A stretch of DNA of 64,000 nt from Laetmonice hystrix (taxonomy: Eukaryota). Positions 35,140-47,555 of the stretch are shown here, in pieces. The first letter of the stretch is position 1, and the number at the start of each line of letters is the position of its first letter. The translations under genes and the position numbers were made by a program. The DNA lies in contig OZ249441.1 in NCBI GenBank assembly GCA_965235115.1, positions 2,170,001 through 2,234,000 on the forward strand, given 5' to 3'. Below the pieces are notes generated by a model. That model saw nothing but the letters and a program-made list of their open reading frames with translations. It was not told where the DNA came from and did no database searches.

Positions 35140-35325
35140 GACGTGCCGTATCTGAGTTGGGAAGGCGTTATCGGACGGTTTTAGAGGCAGGTATTAAAGG
35201 CTCCCACCGACCCGGTCAGTGATCACCTCGGCTGGGAGTTTGAGCGGTGGTTATCAGGTTGGGAGACCGGGTCTCGCTGAAAAACGTATTGATCAACCCG
35301 GCGGCCACTGGGCGCTATAAAGTAG

Positions 35326-35419
35326 AGCACCACCATTACCACCGCCACCGCCCCCGACACCACCATCTCCTTGGGTCAGAACCACCAGAGGTGTGGTGCT
35401 GGAGGAAAAACCTCAGAAA
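35326..35419 (+). CDS. Candidate 94-nt Pro-rich exon (APPLPPPPPPTPPSPWVRTTRGVVLEEKPQK)
   Basis: Donor aaa|GTATGT; weak acceptor agtAG; open frame. Confidence 0.25.
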
Positions 35420-35483
35420 GTATGTCCATCTTCCACAACCTACATCCGGGTTCTTCATAGTAGAAAATGGAGGAACTCTTTAA

Positions 35484-36348
35484 AGGAGAAGACCAGTCAA
35501 AAATCACATTTGGACAGCTGCAAGGCCTCTATATATACTCACCTTTCAGAGTAGTGGTTGGAAATAAATGTCCCCCTATTCCAAGAAGTCATATATTGAA
35601 CATGACAACCGTGTCAAAATCACTGGAGGTTTGCTGCTATTTGTTGCTATTGGGCTGACCGGAAGTGACGTTCCAGGGCTAATCTTTTGCATGCCAGGGC
35701 TAGGCTATACTAGGCTAAACGGCAGCCGAGGCGGGTGGCAAATCGACGGGGGTCAGTCCCACAGTCACAGTCACAGTCACAGTCACAACAAAACGCAGCA
35801 GGTCTGTACTGACCATGCTGACACTGCCATTGCTCGCGGTCGTAGTCAGAGTGGCGCCGGGCCTCAGAGGCCAGAGCTCCCGTCAACATCCCACGCATGC
35901 ACGAATCCAAGTGGGACGAATGCAGGCGGCCGAAACCCACGGCTGCCCAGATCCGTGTCCACCCTGATATATCCCCTGACATCTTTTCCTAGCCATTCCT
36001 CATCACTATCGATGGTTTTCGTCTATGTTCTAACAAATTTTGCTTATAAGCTGTCAACGTTCGCTGCCTTCCAAATCGATCAACGCAACAGGTGCGTCAG
36101 CTTTCAGTTCCTCCCAAACTGGAGAGCAGTCGTGCTGCGCATGCTCGCCTAGGGCGAGCATGCGCACTTTGAGATTAGCCCAAGGAATGGCGGCCTTCAC
36201 CAGCTGAGCAGGTGGTAAGAAGCCTCCGGCACTAAAGTGCCTATATCTTAACCATCTGAGCACCAATTGTGTTCAAATATTTGTTAACTTGCTTAGAATA
36301 TCACGGCATGTGTGCCTGGCCTATACAGACTGGCGATGGTCTTTTCTT
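35484..36348 (+). mobile_element. Kolobok-like non-autonomous DNA transposon, copy A (865 bp)
   Basis: TTAA at 35480-35483 and 36349-36352; imperfect TIR aggagaagacca / tggtcttttctt; homologous to 39779-40631; an adjacent tandem copy of the target site shows the empty state. Confidence 0.8.
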
Positions 36349-36499
36349 TTAAGTAGTGAGAAATACTTTGAGGAGGACGTAGTAAAATGGAGGAGCTCTT
36401 TAAGTAGTGAGAAATACTTTGAGGAGGACGTATTGAAATCATTCCCTGACATCGCCACTCCTTGTTACACCTGAGAGATGTTAGCCTTGTGTATTGCTA

Positions 36500-36972
36500 T
36501 ACTCACGGAATTAAAAAACGCAGCACTCTTATTTTTCAACTTAAAGAAATACTGGTTCACATTTTTTAATACCAATGTCTTTACTTGTTCAAAGAGGGAA
36601 AGTCTCAGAAATGAAATGGTAATTTGTCCCGTTCCGCTTCACTGACTTGCAACAGAAAACAATAATGATTTTTTCCCCCATGTTGAGCAATGCTCACTCC
36701 TTAAGTGAGTTGACAAAGCCTTTGACCACTCCTAACAATTGTGTGGTCCAGGTCTATAAAAGGACTACAAAGGAAATTTTCCAAACAAGTCTGCACAATG
36801 CCACGGTTGACTGAACCACAGAGGAGCAGAGCCATTGGGCTGCTTGAGGCTGGCCAAACCAGAAGAAACGTGGCAAATGAGTGTCAACCATTCCAAGATT
36901 GTCTTGTTTTGTTTTCACACTACAATTTTGTTAAAGTGGAACCCCAGATACTTAAACTTTAACCCTCAGTGT
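36500..36972 (+). mobile_element. Internally deleted Tc1/mariner element with transposase N-terminal remnant
   Basis: ATG at 36798 encodes MPRLTEPQRSRAIGLLEAGQTRRNVA, a Tc1-type paired-like HTH start, and then loses similarity. TATAAAA lies upstream. TA-tactcac...cagtg-tTA ends are only loosely inverted, so boundaries are uncertain. Confidence 0.65.
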
Positions 36973-36979
36973 TAAAATG

Positions 36980-37171
36980 TTAGGTTCGAGCGATAAGCAA
37001 TGGAGTAATACCGCCACAGGTGTACAGACTGACTGGTCAACACTTGTCACCTTTCACTAATCCTTCGTGAAGTGCAAGTTGTTCTGGCTCGAGGGGGATT
37101 CGAACCCAGACGTGACAGACCCTGTTGATCACCTAGCCAGAGGCTTAGACGACTGCGCCACTGAGTTGACC
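36980..37171 (-). mobile_element. tRNA-derived SINE remnant
   Basis: Minus strand has A box TGGCGCAGTCG (37150-37160) and B box GGTTCGAATCC (37096-37106); 3' boundary uncertain. Confidence 0.6.
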
Positions 37172-37289
37172 ACCCCGACCCAGCGTTGATGGCAGTATTT
37201 AGCAAACACGGTCGTCCAACGACAGACCGACCAGCCTTACCTCTCAAGTACTGCACAGTGTATCGAAACCAGGTGTGAAAGGAATGGAG

Positions 37290-39166
37290 ACCTGTGACCA
37301 AGTGTTGGTGGTGGCTCATACTTGAACATCCCCACCTGTGACCAAGTATTGGTGGTGGCTCATACTTGAACACCCCCACCTGTGACCAAGTGTTGGTGGT
37401 GGCTCATACTTGAACACCCCCACCTGTGACCAAGTGTTGGTGGTGGCTCATACTTGAACACTCCCACCTGTGACCAAGTGTTGGTGGTGGCTCATACTTG
37501 AACACCCCCACCTGTGACCAAGTGTTGGTGGTGGCTCATACTTGAACACCCCCACCTGTGACCAAGTGTTGGTGGTGGCTCATACTTGAACACCCCCACC
37601 TGTGACCAAGTGTTGGTGGTGGCTCATACTTGAACACCCCCACCTGTGACCAAGTGTTGGTGGTGGCTCATACTTGAACACCCCCACCTGGGACCAAGTG
37701 TTGGTGGTGGCTCATACTTGAACACCCCCACCTGGGACCAAGTGTTGGTGGTGGCTCATACTTGAACACCTCCACCTGGGACCAAGTGTTGGTGGTGGCT
37801 CATACTTGAACACCCCCACCTGGGACCAAGTGTTGGTGGTGGCTCATACTTGAACACCCCCACCTGTGACCAAGTGTTGGTGGTGGCTCATACTTGAACA
37901 CCCCCACCTGTGACCAAGTGTTGGTGGTGGCTCATACTTGAACACCCCCACCTGTGACCAAGTGTTGGTGGTGGCTCATACTTGAACACCCCCACCTGGG
38001 ACCAAGTGTTGGTGGTGGCTCATACTTGAACACCCCCACCTGTGACCAAGTGTTGGTGGTGGCTCATACTTGAACACCCCCACCTGGGACCAAGTGTTGG
38101 TGGTGGCTCATACTTGAACACCCCCACCTGGGACCAAGTGTTGGTGGTGGCTCATACTTGAACACCCCCACCTGTGACCAAGTGTTGGTGGTGGCTCATA
38201 CTTGAACACCCCCACCTGTGACCAAGTGTTGGTGGTGGCTCATACTTGAACACCCCCACCTGTGACCAAGTGTTGGTGGTGGCTCATACTTGAACACCCC
38301 CACCTGTGACCAAGTGTTGGTGGTGGCTCATACTTGAACACCCCCACCTGTGACCAAGAGTTGGTGGTGGCTCATACTTGAACACTCCCACCTGTGACCA
38401 AGTGTTGGTGGTGGCTCATACTTGAACACCCCCACCTGTGACCAAGTGTTGGTGGTGGCTCATACTTGAACACCCCCACCTGTGACCAAGAGTTGGTGGT
38501 GGCTCATACTTGAACACTCCCACCTGTGACCAAGTGTTGGTGGTGGCTCATACTTGAACACCCCCACCTGTGACCAAGTGTTGGTGGTGGCTCATACTTG
38601 AACACCCCCACCTGTGACCAACTGTTGGTGGTGGCTCATACTTGAACACCCCCACCTGTGACCAAGTGTTGGTGGTGGCTCATACTTGAACACCCCCACC
38701 TGTGACCAACTGTTGGTGGTGGCTCATACTTGAACACCCCCACCTGTGACCAAGTGTTGGTGGTGGCTCATACTTGAACACCCCCACCTGTGACCAAGTG
38801 TTGGTGGTGGCTCATACTTGAACACCCCCACCTGTGACCAAGTGTTGGTGGTGGCTCATACTTGAACACACCCACCTGTGACCAAGTGTTGGTGGTGGCT
38901 CATACTTGAACACCTCCACCTGTGAGTGTGACCAAGTGTTGGTGGTGGCTCATACTTGAACACCCCCACTTGTGACCAACTGTTGGTGGTGGCTCATACT
39001 TGAACACCCCCACCTGTGACCAAGTGTTGGTGGTGGCTCATACTTGAACACCCCCACCTGTGACCAAGTGTTGGTGGTGGCTTATACTTGAACACCCCCA
39101 CCTGTGACCAAGTGTTGGTGGTGGCTCATACTTGAACACCCCCACCTGTGACCAAGTGTTGGTGGT
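37290..39166. repeat. Minisatellite, 43-bp unit, ~44 copies
   Basis: Unit cacctgtgaccaagtgttggtggtggctcatacttgaacaccc. Confidence 0.97.
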
Positions 39167-39778
39167 CGTCCGTAGTAACAACCTCCCGAGCCGTACACAT
39201 AACTCGTCGACTTCCGCGACTTTATCTCAGTCGGGTGTGGGGAGGGAGCAGGACGTCTTTTGAAAGTCAACCTATCGGTAATCTGACCCATTGCCTTGGT
39301 GCAGCCCCAGGAGTGTTGGCGGTCACTTTCTCTGTCCCCATGGAGGGATCATATTTAGTATCCTGATACTTTGTTGGCGTGTTTCCTGCAACCATCCTCA
39401 TCATGCACGCAGGTCCTGAGTTTCTGATGAAATATTTTAAAGTTAATGTCTCCAGCACGCTAATCTAATACCGCTTAATCAGTACACGTGCCACGTGTGA
39501 GGGGAAAACTGCGGTCAACCAGCAGACCAGACAATACGGCAACTAGCCGCCATCCTGGCAAACATGAAGCTAGCGTGCGTGACATCCAGATCACTGTCTC
39601 AGATCACCTTCTAACAACAAACTGTCATGATCGAATTGTATTCATGACATTAATCAGATGATAGGGCTGGCTGAATTCTCTGGTCATGAAGCGCTTTGAT
39701 GAACAGTCACATCGTAACTCGCTAGATTCCTTAGTTGACAAAACGGAAATGGGGAAAATAACAACATGATATTTTTAA

Positions 39779-40631
39779 AAGAAAAGTCCACCGCCAGTGT
39801 GTACAGGCAAGGCACACAGGCCGTGATATTCTAAGCAATTTAAAAAAGATTTGAACACAATTGGTGCTCAAATAGTTAAGATATAAGCACTTTAGTGCCG
39901 GAGCCTCCTTAGAACCTGTTCCGCTGGTGATGACGGCCATAGCTGTCTGTTCCTTGGGCTAATCTCACATTGCGCATGCTCCAACCACTGCTCTCCAGTT
40001 TGGGAGGAACGAAAAACTGACGCACCTGTTGTGTTGAGCGAACGTTGACAGCTTATTTATATAAGCAAAATTTGTTAGAACATAGACGGAAACTACCGAT
40101 CATAGTAAAGAGGAATGGCTAGTAATTAAGCCTACCGATGTCAGGGGATATATCAGGATGGACACTGATTGGGCAAGCTCCAGCCGTGGGTTTCGGCCGC
40201 CTGCATTCGTGATGTTGACGGCACCCGCAGGGCCACTGGGCCGGGCCCTGACCGTGGCTTCGACCGCGGGCGGGTGCTGGCAGTGTCAGACTCCTGTGGT
40301 CAGTTCAGCACAGACCTGTTTTAGTTGTGACTGTGACTGTGGGACTGACCCCCGTTTATTTTGCCGACCCGCCTCGGCTGCCTTTACTTTAGTCTAGTCT
40401 AGCCTAGCCCCTGCATGCAATAGATTAGCCCCGGAACGTCACTTCCGGCCAGCCCAATAGCAACAAATGGCTGCGCCGCTGAAGCCAGTGATTTTGACAC
40501 GGTTGTCATGTTCAAGATATGACTTCTTGGAATGGGGGGGGGGACATTTATTTCCAACCACTACTCTGAAAGGTGAGTGCATATAGAGGCCTTGCAGCTG
40601 TCCAAATGTGATTTTTGACTGGACTTCTCCT
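39779..40631 (-). mobile_element. Kolobok-like non-autonomous DNA transposon, copy B (853 bp), inverted relative to copy A
   Basis: TTAA at 39775-39778 and 40632-40635; the reverse complement begins aggagaagtccagtcaaaaatcacatttggacagctgcaaggcc, as in copy A. Confidence 0.8.
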
Positions 40632-41692
40632 TTAAAGCAAACACCGACTATCTCATGATTCAATGACTTCAATGTATAACACCTAATGAAATTCAACATT
40701 CCAGTTGCCTGTTCGCGCCATGAAGCGAACGTCTCATGGTACGTTGTTTACCTGGCAATGACTTGAACAGCCAATGAAATTCATCGGTTCATCGCCCGGT
40801 TGAATTTCATTTTCTCAATTTCTGTGGGTATACATTTAATGATTTATGTGGTGTAATGCCTTGTCTAACCTAACAGCCCATGTCTGCAGTTTGGAGTCGT
40901 TGAAATAAGAGACACTCGGTGATTGCTTTAATGAATATTGGATCATGTATCCGATTCATCCAATCTGTATCGATCCGAAGATTTTAAAAGACCGAAATAA
41001 AACATTAGAAGAACGTTTCATTGTAACCAACTATGTTCGCTCCATTATTTCCCCTCCGCTGTTTGCCATTTGCCAAATTAGCGTATTTACCATTAATAGA
41101 CATGACAGGAGCGTGATGTAGACTCGCTGTTACACTATATTGCCTCCGAATCAACTATTGCAAATATTGCAGTCAGTCATGACAAGTCCGGAGGCCAGTG
41201 TCTGTGGATGTAAACGGTGGCAGTCAATTGGTGGTGATGGGTTTGCTGCTGATAAACTCGCCTTATTGACAGCATTGTCTGTTGAATATGCTGAGCTCAT
41301 TGACGCAGGGATAGAAGGACAGGTAGTGTAACGGAAACAGGACAGAGAACAGGATTATATTTATTTCCTTCACCAGCGGGGTGTTGCCGCGTGCCTGTAC
41401 ATAAACGTAATCAGATTTATTTCCCAGACATAACTTTCTCGTGACATGGTTCATAGCCACAGGATGACGGCAAGGTAATGCCGGTTTGGATAAAGTGGAT
41501 AGGGAAGCCGCTTAAAGGATGACCCCCAACCCCACGCCATTCTGTGAGCTTACTGTCATGGCAGGAATGTGGGCACAGTGTGGGTCGTCTGATGGTAAAG
41601 GTGGTGATGGCTGTGTGATCGTCAAGGCGTAGATTTGGAACCGTCCGTTATGACACACTCCCCGGTACCGAACGGATTCTGCCTGTGCTAGT

Positions 41693-42098
41693 CACCTCAG
41701 CCAGGTCATAGATATCCCCCAAACCCAGTCCTGCACCTCAGCCAGGTCATAGATATCCCCCAAACCCAGTCCTGCACCTCAGCCAGGTCATAGATATCCC
41801 CCAAACCCAGTCCTGCACCTCAGCCAGGTCATAGATATCCCCCAAACCCAGTCCTGCACCTCAGCCAGGTCAGAGATATCCCCCAAACCCAGTCCTGCAC
41901 CTCAGCCAGGTCATAGATATCCCCCAAACCCAGTCCTGCACCTCACCCAGGTCAGAGATATCCCAAAACCCACTCCTGCACCTCAGCCAGGTCATAGATA
42001 TCCCCCAAACCCAGTCCTGCACCTCAGCCAGGTCATACATATCCCCCAAACCCAGTCCTGCACCTCAGCCAGGCCATACATATCCCCCAAACCCAGTC
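41693..42098. repeat. Minisatellite, 41-bp unit, ~10 copies
   Basis: Unit cacctcagccaggtcatagatatcccccaaacccagtcctg. Confidence 0.95.
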
Positions 42099-42851
42099 TT
42101 CTCTCCAGACCGAAATTATATTGACCCACCATTTACTGGAGGCAGATACGTTGTTTGCTCCTTGGTGTGCCTGCATGTGACCCTGACTTTGACGTAGGCC
42201 GCAGCTATTTAGGCGGTCTGCAGGTTGTGGAGTCCCACACTAAGGCCATATAATCATTCAATGGAAAGTGCGAGAAGCAATTTTACCGGCCCATTAATTG
42301 CATTTTCTCATGATTTGTCTATATCTTCCCGGCTGAAGTAATTAGACCCATAATGTGCGTTGCTAATTACCCTGCCAGATCCCAGTTTAGGTTGTTAGGT
42401 CGTGATGGGATAGTTGTCCTATCTTTTTAAACTGAAATGCGGCATCAGGAAGCGGGGCTGTTATTTTGAGAGATATTGTTAACGGTCAAGGTGTGAGCGG
42501 AGTAAAGGCTGTCAAGATGGAACTTGAGGAATTAGAAGGTAGAGTCATTAGAGTATGGACATCCTACATATTTAGTGATATAGATAAAAGTAACTGTTCA
42601 CCATTTGTCTCGTCTGGTTGTTATGGACGTTTTTAACAATATGACCTCACATCGTCACCAAGTCCGTATATTGCTGCCCTACCTACTCACTAGAAAGGGT
42701 CATTAGATAGACTTGTCACACTCTGAGTGTCTGCGCTGAATGAATTCTGAAGCGATTGTTAAGTTCTACGTCCTCATTTGTCGTTTGATAGAAGCCGTAT
42801 TATTCTGTGTACGTATAACCCTCCTCAGTGTGAGTGTCAAGATCTAAGATT

Positions 42852-43209
42852 ACATGTCTGTAAGTGCCATATGTCTGTAAGTGCCATATGTCTGTAAGTG
42901 CCACATGTCTGTAAGTGCCACATGTCTGTAAGTGCCACATGTCTGTAAGTGCCACATGTCTGTAAGTGCCACATGTCTGTAAGTGTCACATGTCTGTAAG
43001 TGCCATATGTCTGTAAGTGCCATATGTCTGTAAGTGCCATATGTCTGTAAGTGCCATATGTCTGTAAGTGCCATATGTCTGTAAGTGCCATATGTCTGTA
43101 AGTGCCACATGTCTGTAAGTGCCACATGTCTGTAAGTGCCATATGTCTGTAAGTGCCATATGTCTGTAAGTGCCACATGTCTGTAAGTGTCACATGTCTG
43201 TAAGTGCCA
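42852..43209. repeat. Minisatellite, 17-bp unit, ~21 copies
   Basis: Unit atgtctgtaagtgcca(t/c). Confidence 0.95.
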
Positions 43210-44107
43210 GAGGCACATGGTATGAAGGATCCCGCACGACGAGGGATAAAAACATTTCAAAGGTGATCATAGAAGATCATTGTTCGTGACTATGTTGACG
43301 ACATAATAGCTTAGAGACGTGAGTCGTCTGCCAGTATCGACAGAAGATGGTTTTTAAACCATTACAATCTGAGATCAGAACAATGTGGTCACTGGCGAGA
43401 AATGGCGTTAAGTCGACTTGTACGTATGAATAATCAATGCAAGTGTTCCGTATTATTCTGAGATTAATTGGAAGATGTGAAGATAATTGTGATTGATAAA
43501 TAACTGGATGATAATTACATTTGAATACTTGACGTCAGGAAGATTTCGAATTGTTACCAAGCAGCAGGATTTCGTATCAAACAGAATGCAGCTGGTACAT
43601 TCCTGAACTGTTGTCGGGACAGGAATGTGTGATGAGGACGAGAGAACAGATTCCAGTCGCTATCCTACAGAAGTTGTTTGACGATGGAGCGAGCAAAGAT
43701 TGAGGTAGTTCTGACTATGATTAATGGAGCGTTCAGATATGATGTATCGTGAACAGGATCTTTCCACAGATGAACTGTGAACACGGAGAATGAACAGAGT
43801 CGTTCAGGGAAGGTTGGTGGTGGGTTGAGACCGAGGTGAAGACAAGGTACCAGCTGGGACGTGGTAAATGGTGTACAACCAGAACGGTCTCCGGTTTGAT
43901 GTATAGACAGCCAGACATGAGATGAGGATGAACCGTCAGTTTACCGACTTAACACTCTTTCTCACGGAACCAGTTAGAATGAAATGTACCTTGGAGAGGA
44001 TGAGAAGGCGGGGTTCAATTTGTTCCAGCCCTGTTTTCGAGTTGGAATATCAGCTCAGCTTTCTGGTGCATTGATTGCTTGTCACTGACAGATCACCAGG
44101 CCCTGAC

Positions 44108-44262
44108 CTTTCTGCTGGCTACCATCCTGCACTGTTCTCACTGAGAGCATTGTAGGTTTAAGGCGGCAAAATAGCTGTGAATTGATGGCCGTGGTGTGAC
44201 CCGCCGGGATGGGCAGGGAACGCTGCAGTTGATTGGGCATCAAGTAGTCCGGACAGAAGTAC
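44108..44262 (-). CDS. Candidate 155-nt exon (YFCPDYLMPNQLQRSLPIPAGHTTAINSQLFCRLKPTMLSVRTVQDGSQQK)
   Basis: Acceptor ccctctgttccAG, donor aaag|GTCAGG, 51 open codons; phase-compatible with 45091-45135. Confidence 0.35.
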
Positions 44263-44275
44263 CTGGAACAGAGGG

Positions 44276-45057
44276 CGCGTCACGTGACCACACCAAGGTG
44301 GTGTGAATGATTGACGCGTCACGTGACCACACCAAGGTGGTGTGAATGATTGCCACGTCACGTGACCACACCAAGGTGGTGTGAATGATTGACACGTCAC
44401 GTGACCACACCAAGGTGGTGTGAATGATTGACGCGTCACGTGACCACACCAAGGTGGTGTGGATGATTGCTACGCCACGTGACCACATCAAGGTGGTGTG
44501 GATGATTGACACGTCACGTGACCACACCAAGGTGGTGTGTGAATGATTGACGCGTCACGTGACCACACCAAGGTGGTGTGAATGAATGACGCGTCACGTG
44601 ACCACACCAAGGTGGTGTGGATGATTGCCACGTCACGTGACCACACCAAGGTGGTGTGTGAATGATTGACGCGTCACGTGACCACACCAAGGTGGTGTGA
44701 ATGATTGACGCGTCACGTGACCACACCAAGGTGGTGTGAATGATTGACGCGTCACGTGACCACACCAAGGTGGTGTGAATGATTGCCACGTCACGTGACC
44801 ACACCAAGGTGGTGTGAATGATTGACGCGTCACGTGACCACACCAAGGTGGTGTGAATGATTGACGCGTCACGTGACCACATCAAGGTGGTGTGGATGAT
44901 TGACGCGTCACGTGACCACACCAAGGTGGTGTGAATGATTGACGCGTCACGTGACCACACCAAGGTGGTGTGAATGATTGACGCGTCACGTGACCACACC
45001 AAGGTGGTGTGAATGATTGACGCGTCACGTGACCACACCAAGGTGGTGTGAATGATT
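44276..45057. repeat. Palindrome-rich minisatellite, 39-bp unit, ~20 copies
   Basis: Unit tgacgcgtcacgtgaccacaccaaggtggtgtgaatgat. Confidence 0.97.
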
Positions 45058-45090
45058 TAATCCGCGGAGAGAGACTGCCTACAGCCACAC

Positions 45091-45135
45091 CGGAAGGACT
45101 TAATCCAACCGAGGATTACAGGCCTGTCATTCCAG
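45091..45135 (-). CDS. Candidate 45-nt exon (WNDRPVILGWIKSF(R))
   Basis: Acceptor tgtgtctttgccAG, donor cg|GTGTGG. Confidence 0.3.
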
Positions 45136-45947
45136 CTGGCAAAGACACAGCATTGAGGGATTTACCTGAAGGTCAAATATATATGTCTGTTTAAAGTATG
45201 TGTCTCTACAGGAGTCCCTCTTCTTCAACCATATGTCTGTTCTAAATCCGAGATATTGCACCGCCAGAAAATGTAAAAATCGTATTCTTGAATTGTGCTG
45301 AAATAAAGGTGTTAGGGATTTTATTGGATGATGATTCTAAAAGCTTTCAAGGTCTGCTGGGAACCAGTCAGCGTGAACATTTTAATAATAAATATGATTA
45401 AACCGCAAGTAAGACACTGAATAGTATTTGAAGGTCACTAGCTCTGGGATCCCGGTAACCACTCATGAAAGAAGGGGAAGTTAAAAATATTAACTGCCAA
45501 AATATCCTACCAACTGTTACATGTGCACAGCGTGAATTTGTGATTCATTAAATATGTAAATCTCGTAATCCTTTGATCAAACTAAAACCACTTGCATGTG
45601 CCGACAAGCTGTCATCCCCCGTCCGGTGAGGAAACGTATCATTTTGACATGCTTGTCTCCTCCACTGCCTGGACTTGGCGTTAAATTTCAAACCTTGCCT
45701 GGCTCTGGCTCCGAGTGGATCACGGATCACAAGTAGTTGAGGATGGGAGGTGTCCAGAAACACTGTCTTTACATCCGGTCGGTGGAGGCTCGGGACCGGC
45801 AGGGTCCACTGACGTGGTAACGACCACCATTAGGTGGAGATGATTGGTGGGGAGGTGAGAGTCTGGTCCCGGTCCCGGCCGGTCACGCGGGCCACGCGGG
45901 CCACGCGGGCCGTGATGGTAGGGCTCCGTGTTTGGGTTCACTGTTAC

Positions 45948-46063
45948 CTAAATATAGGTATCCACGGCGGGCGTGGGCCCTGATTGTAGAGTACCCATAA
46001 CATTTGGTGCCCGAATCGTGCTCCAACCGAGTGACATTCAGACCCACAAACAGGTACTTATAT
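45948..46063 (-). CDS. Candidate 116-nt exon (YKYLFVGLNVTRLEHDSGTKCYGYSTIRAHARRGYLYL(G))
   Basis: Donor ttag|GTAACA; the acceptor ttgtAG and the first ~38 nt lie inside the terminal unit of the 55-bp array. Confidence 0.25.
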
Positions 46064-46737
46064 CTACAACCTCGGTGTTTACCGAGTGACATTCAGACCC
46101 ACAAACAGGTGCTGATATCTACAACCTCGGTGTTTACCGAGTGACATTCAGACCCACAAACAGGTGCTTATATCTACATCCTCGGTGTTTACCGAGTGAC
46201 ATTCAGACCCACAAACAGGTGCTTATATCTACAACCTCGGTGTTTACCGAGTGACATTCAGACCCACAAACAGGTGTTTATATCTACAACCTCGGTGTTT
46301 ACCGAGTGACATTCAGACCCACAAACAGGTGCTTATATCTACAACCTCGGTGTTTACCGAGTGACATTCAGACCCACAAACAGGTGCTTATATCTACATC
46401 CTCGGTGTTTACCGAGTGACATTCAGACCCACAAACAGGTGCTTATATCTACAACCTCGGTGTTTACCGAGTGACATTCAGACCCACAAACAGGTGTTTA
46501 TATCTACAACCTCGGTGTTTACCGAGTGACATTCAGACCCACAAACAGGTGCTTATATCTACAACATCAGTGTTTACCCAGTGACATTCAGACCACAAAC
46601 AGGTACTGATATCTACAACCTCGGTGTTTACCGAGTGACATTCAGACCACAAACAGGTGCTTATATCTACAACCTCGGTGTTTACCGAGTGACATTCAGA
46701 CCCACAAACAGATGCTTATATCTACAACCTTGGTGTT
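46026..46737. repeat. Minisatellite, 55-bp unit, ~13 copies
   Basis: Unit accgagtgacattcagacccacaaacaggtgcttatatctacaacctcggtgttt; hairpin ctcggt-gttt-accgag spans each unit junction. Confidence 0.95.
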
Positions 46738-46847
46738 TTATATACTGTTATTAGGTGCGTGACGACGAGGGGTATAATTACGCGAGTCTTTTTATTTTAA
46801 ATCTGTCCACAAAAATAACTAGCAGACTTTTTTTGTTCAGAGGCTTT

Positions 46848-46952
46848 CTGACGCCCCTCGGGGTGCCTCTGACGCCCCTCGGGGTCCCTCTGACGCCCCT
46901 CGGGGTCCCTCTGACGCCCCTCGGGGTGCCTCTGACGCCCCTCGGGGTGCCT
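46848..46952. repeat. Minisatellite, 21-bp unit, 5 copies
   Basis: Unit ctgacgcccctcggggt(g/c)cct. Confidence 0.9.
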
Positions 46953-47012
46953 TTGGATGACTTGGATAGAGTGGTGGTATAATGGAAACAATTGATGAAG
47001 TTAGAAGTGATT

Positions 47013-47555
47013 TGTCACCTTTGCCTGTCTCATTGTCGTAGTTTATGACTGTGTCACCTTTGCCTGTCTCATTGTCGTAGTTTATGACTGTGTCACCTTC
47101 GCCTGTCTCATTGTCGTAGTTTATGACTGTGTCACCTTGCCTGTCTCATTGTCGTAGTTTATGACTGTGTCACCTTGCCTGTCTCATTGTCGTAGTTTAT
47201 GACTGTGTCACCTTGCCTGTCTCATTGTCGTAGTTTATGACTGTGTCACCTTTGCCTGTCTCATTGTCGTAGTTTATGACTGTGTCACCTTGCCTGTCTC
47301 ATTGTCGTAGTTTATGACTGTGTCACCTTTGCCTGTCTCATTGTCGTAGTTTATGACTGTGTCACCTTCGCCTGTCTCATTGTCGTAGTTTATGACTGTG
47401 TCACCTTCGCCTGTCTCATTGTCGTAGTTTATGACTGTGTCACCTTCGCCTGTCTCATTGTCGTAGTTTATGACTGTGTCACCTTCGCCTGTCTCATTGT
47501 CGTAGTTTATGACTGTGTCACCTTCGCCTGTCTCATTGTCGTAGTTTATGACTGT
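47013..47555. repeat. Minisatellite, 38/39-bp unit, ~14 copies
   Basis: Unit tgtcaccttcgcctgtctcattgtcgtagtttatgactg. Confidence 0.95.

Noticed and set aside
22380-37171. tRNA genes at 22380-22468 and 37090-37171
   Set aside because: A and B boxes are present, but I could not fold acceptor or anticodon stems. They are treated as SINE heads.
37290-39166. Chi-like gttggtgg in every unit
   Set aside because: It has one mismatch to GCTGGTGG, and Chi is a bacterial RecBCD signal with no role expected here.
35484-40631. Composite transposon moving as one unit
   Set aside because: Each copy has its own TTAA pair and the copies are diverged. TTAA at the outer ends is uninformative.
27417-41530. 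Further TTAA-AGG starts (~27417, ~35188, ~41514) as Kolobok ends
   Set aside because: No matching opposite terminus found.
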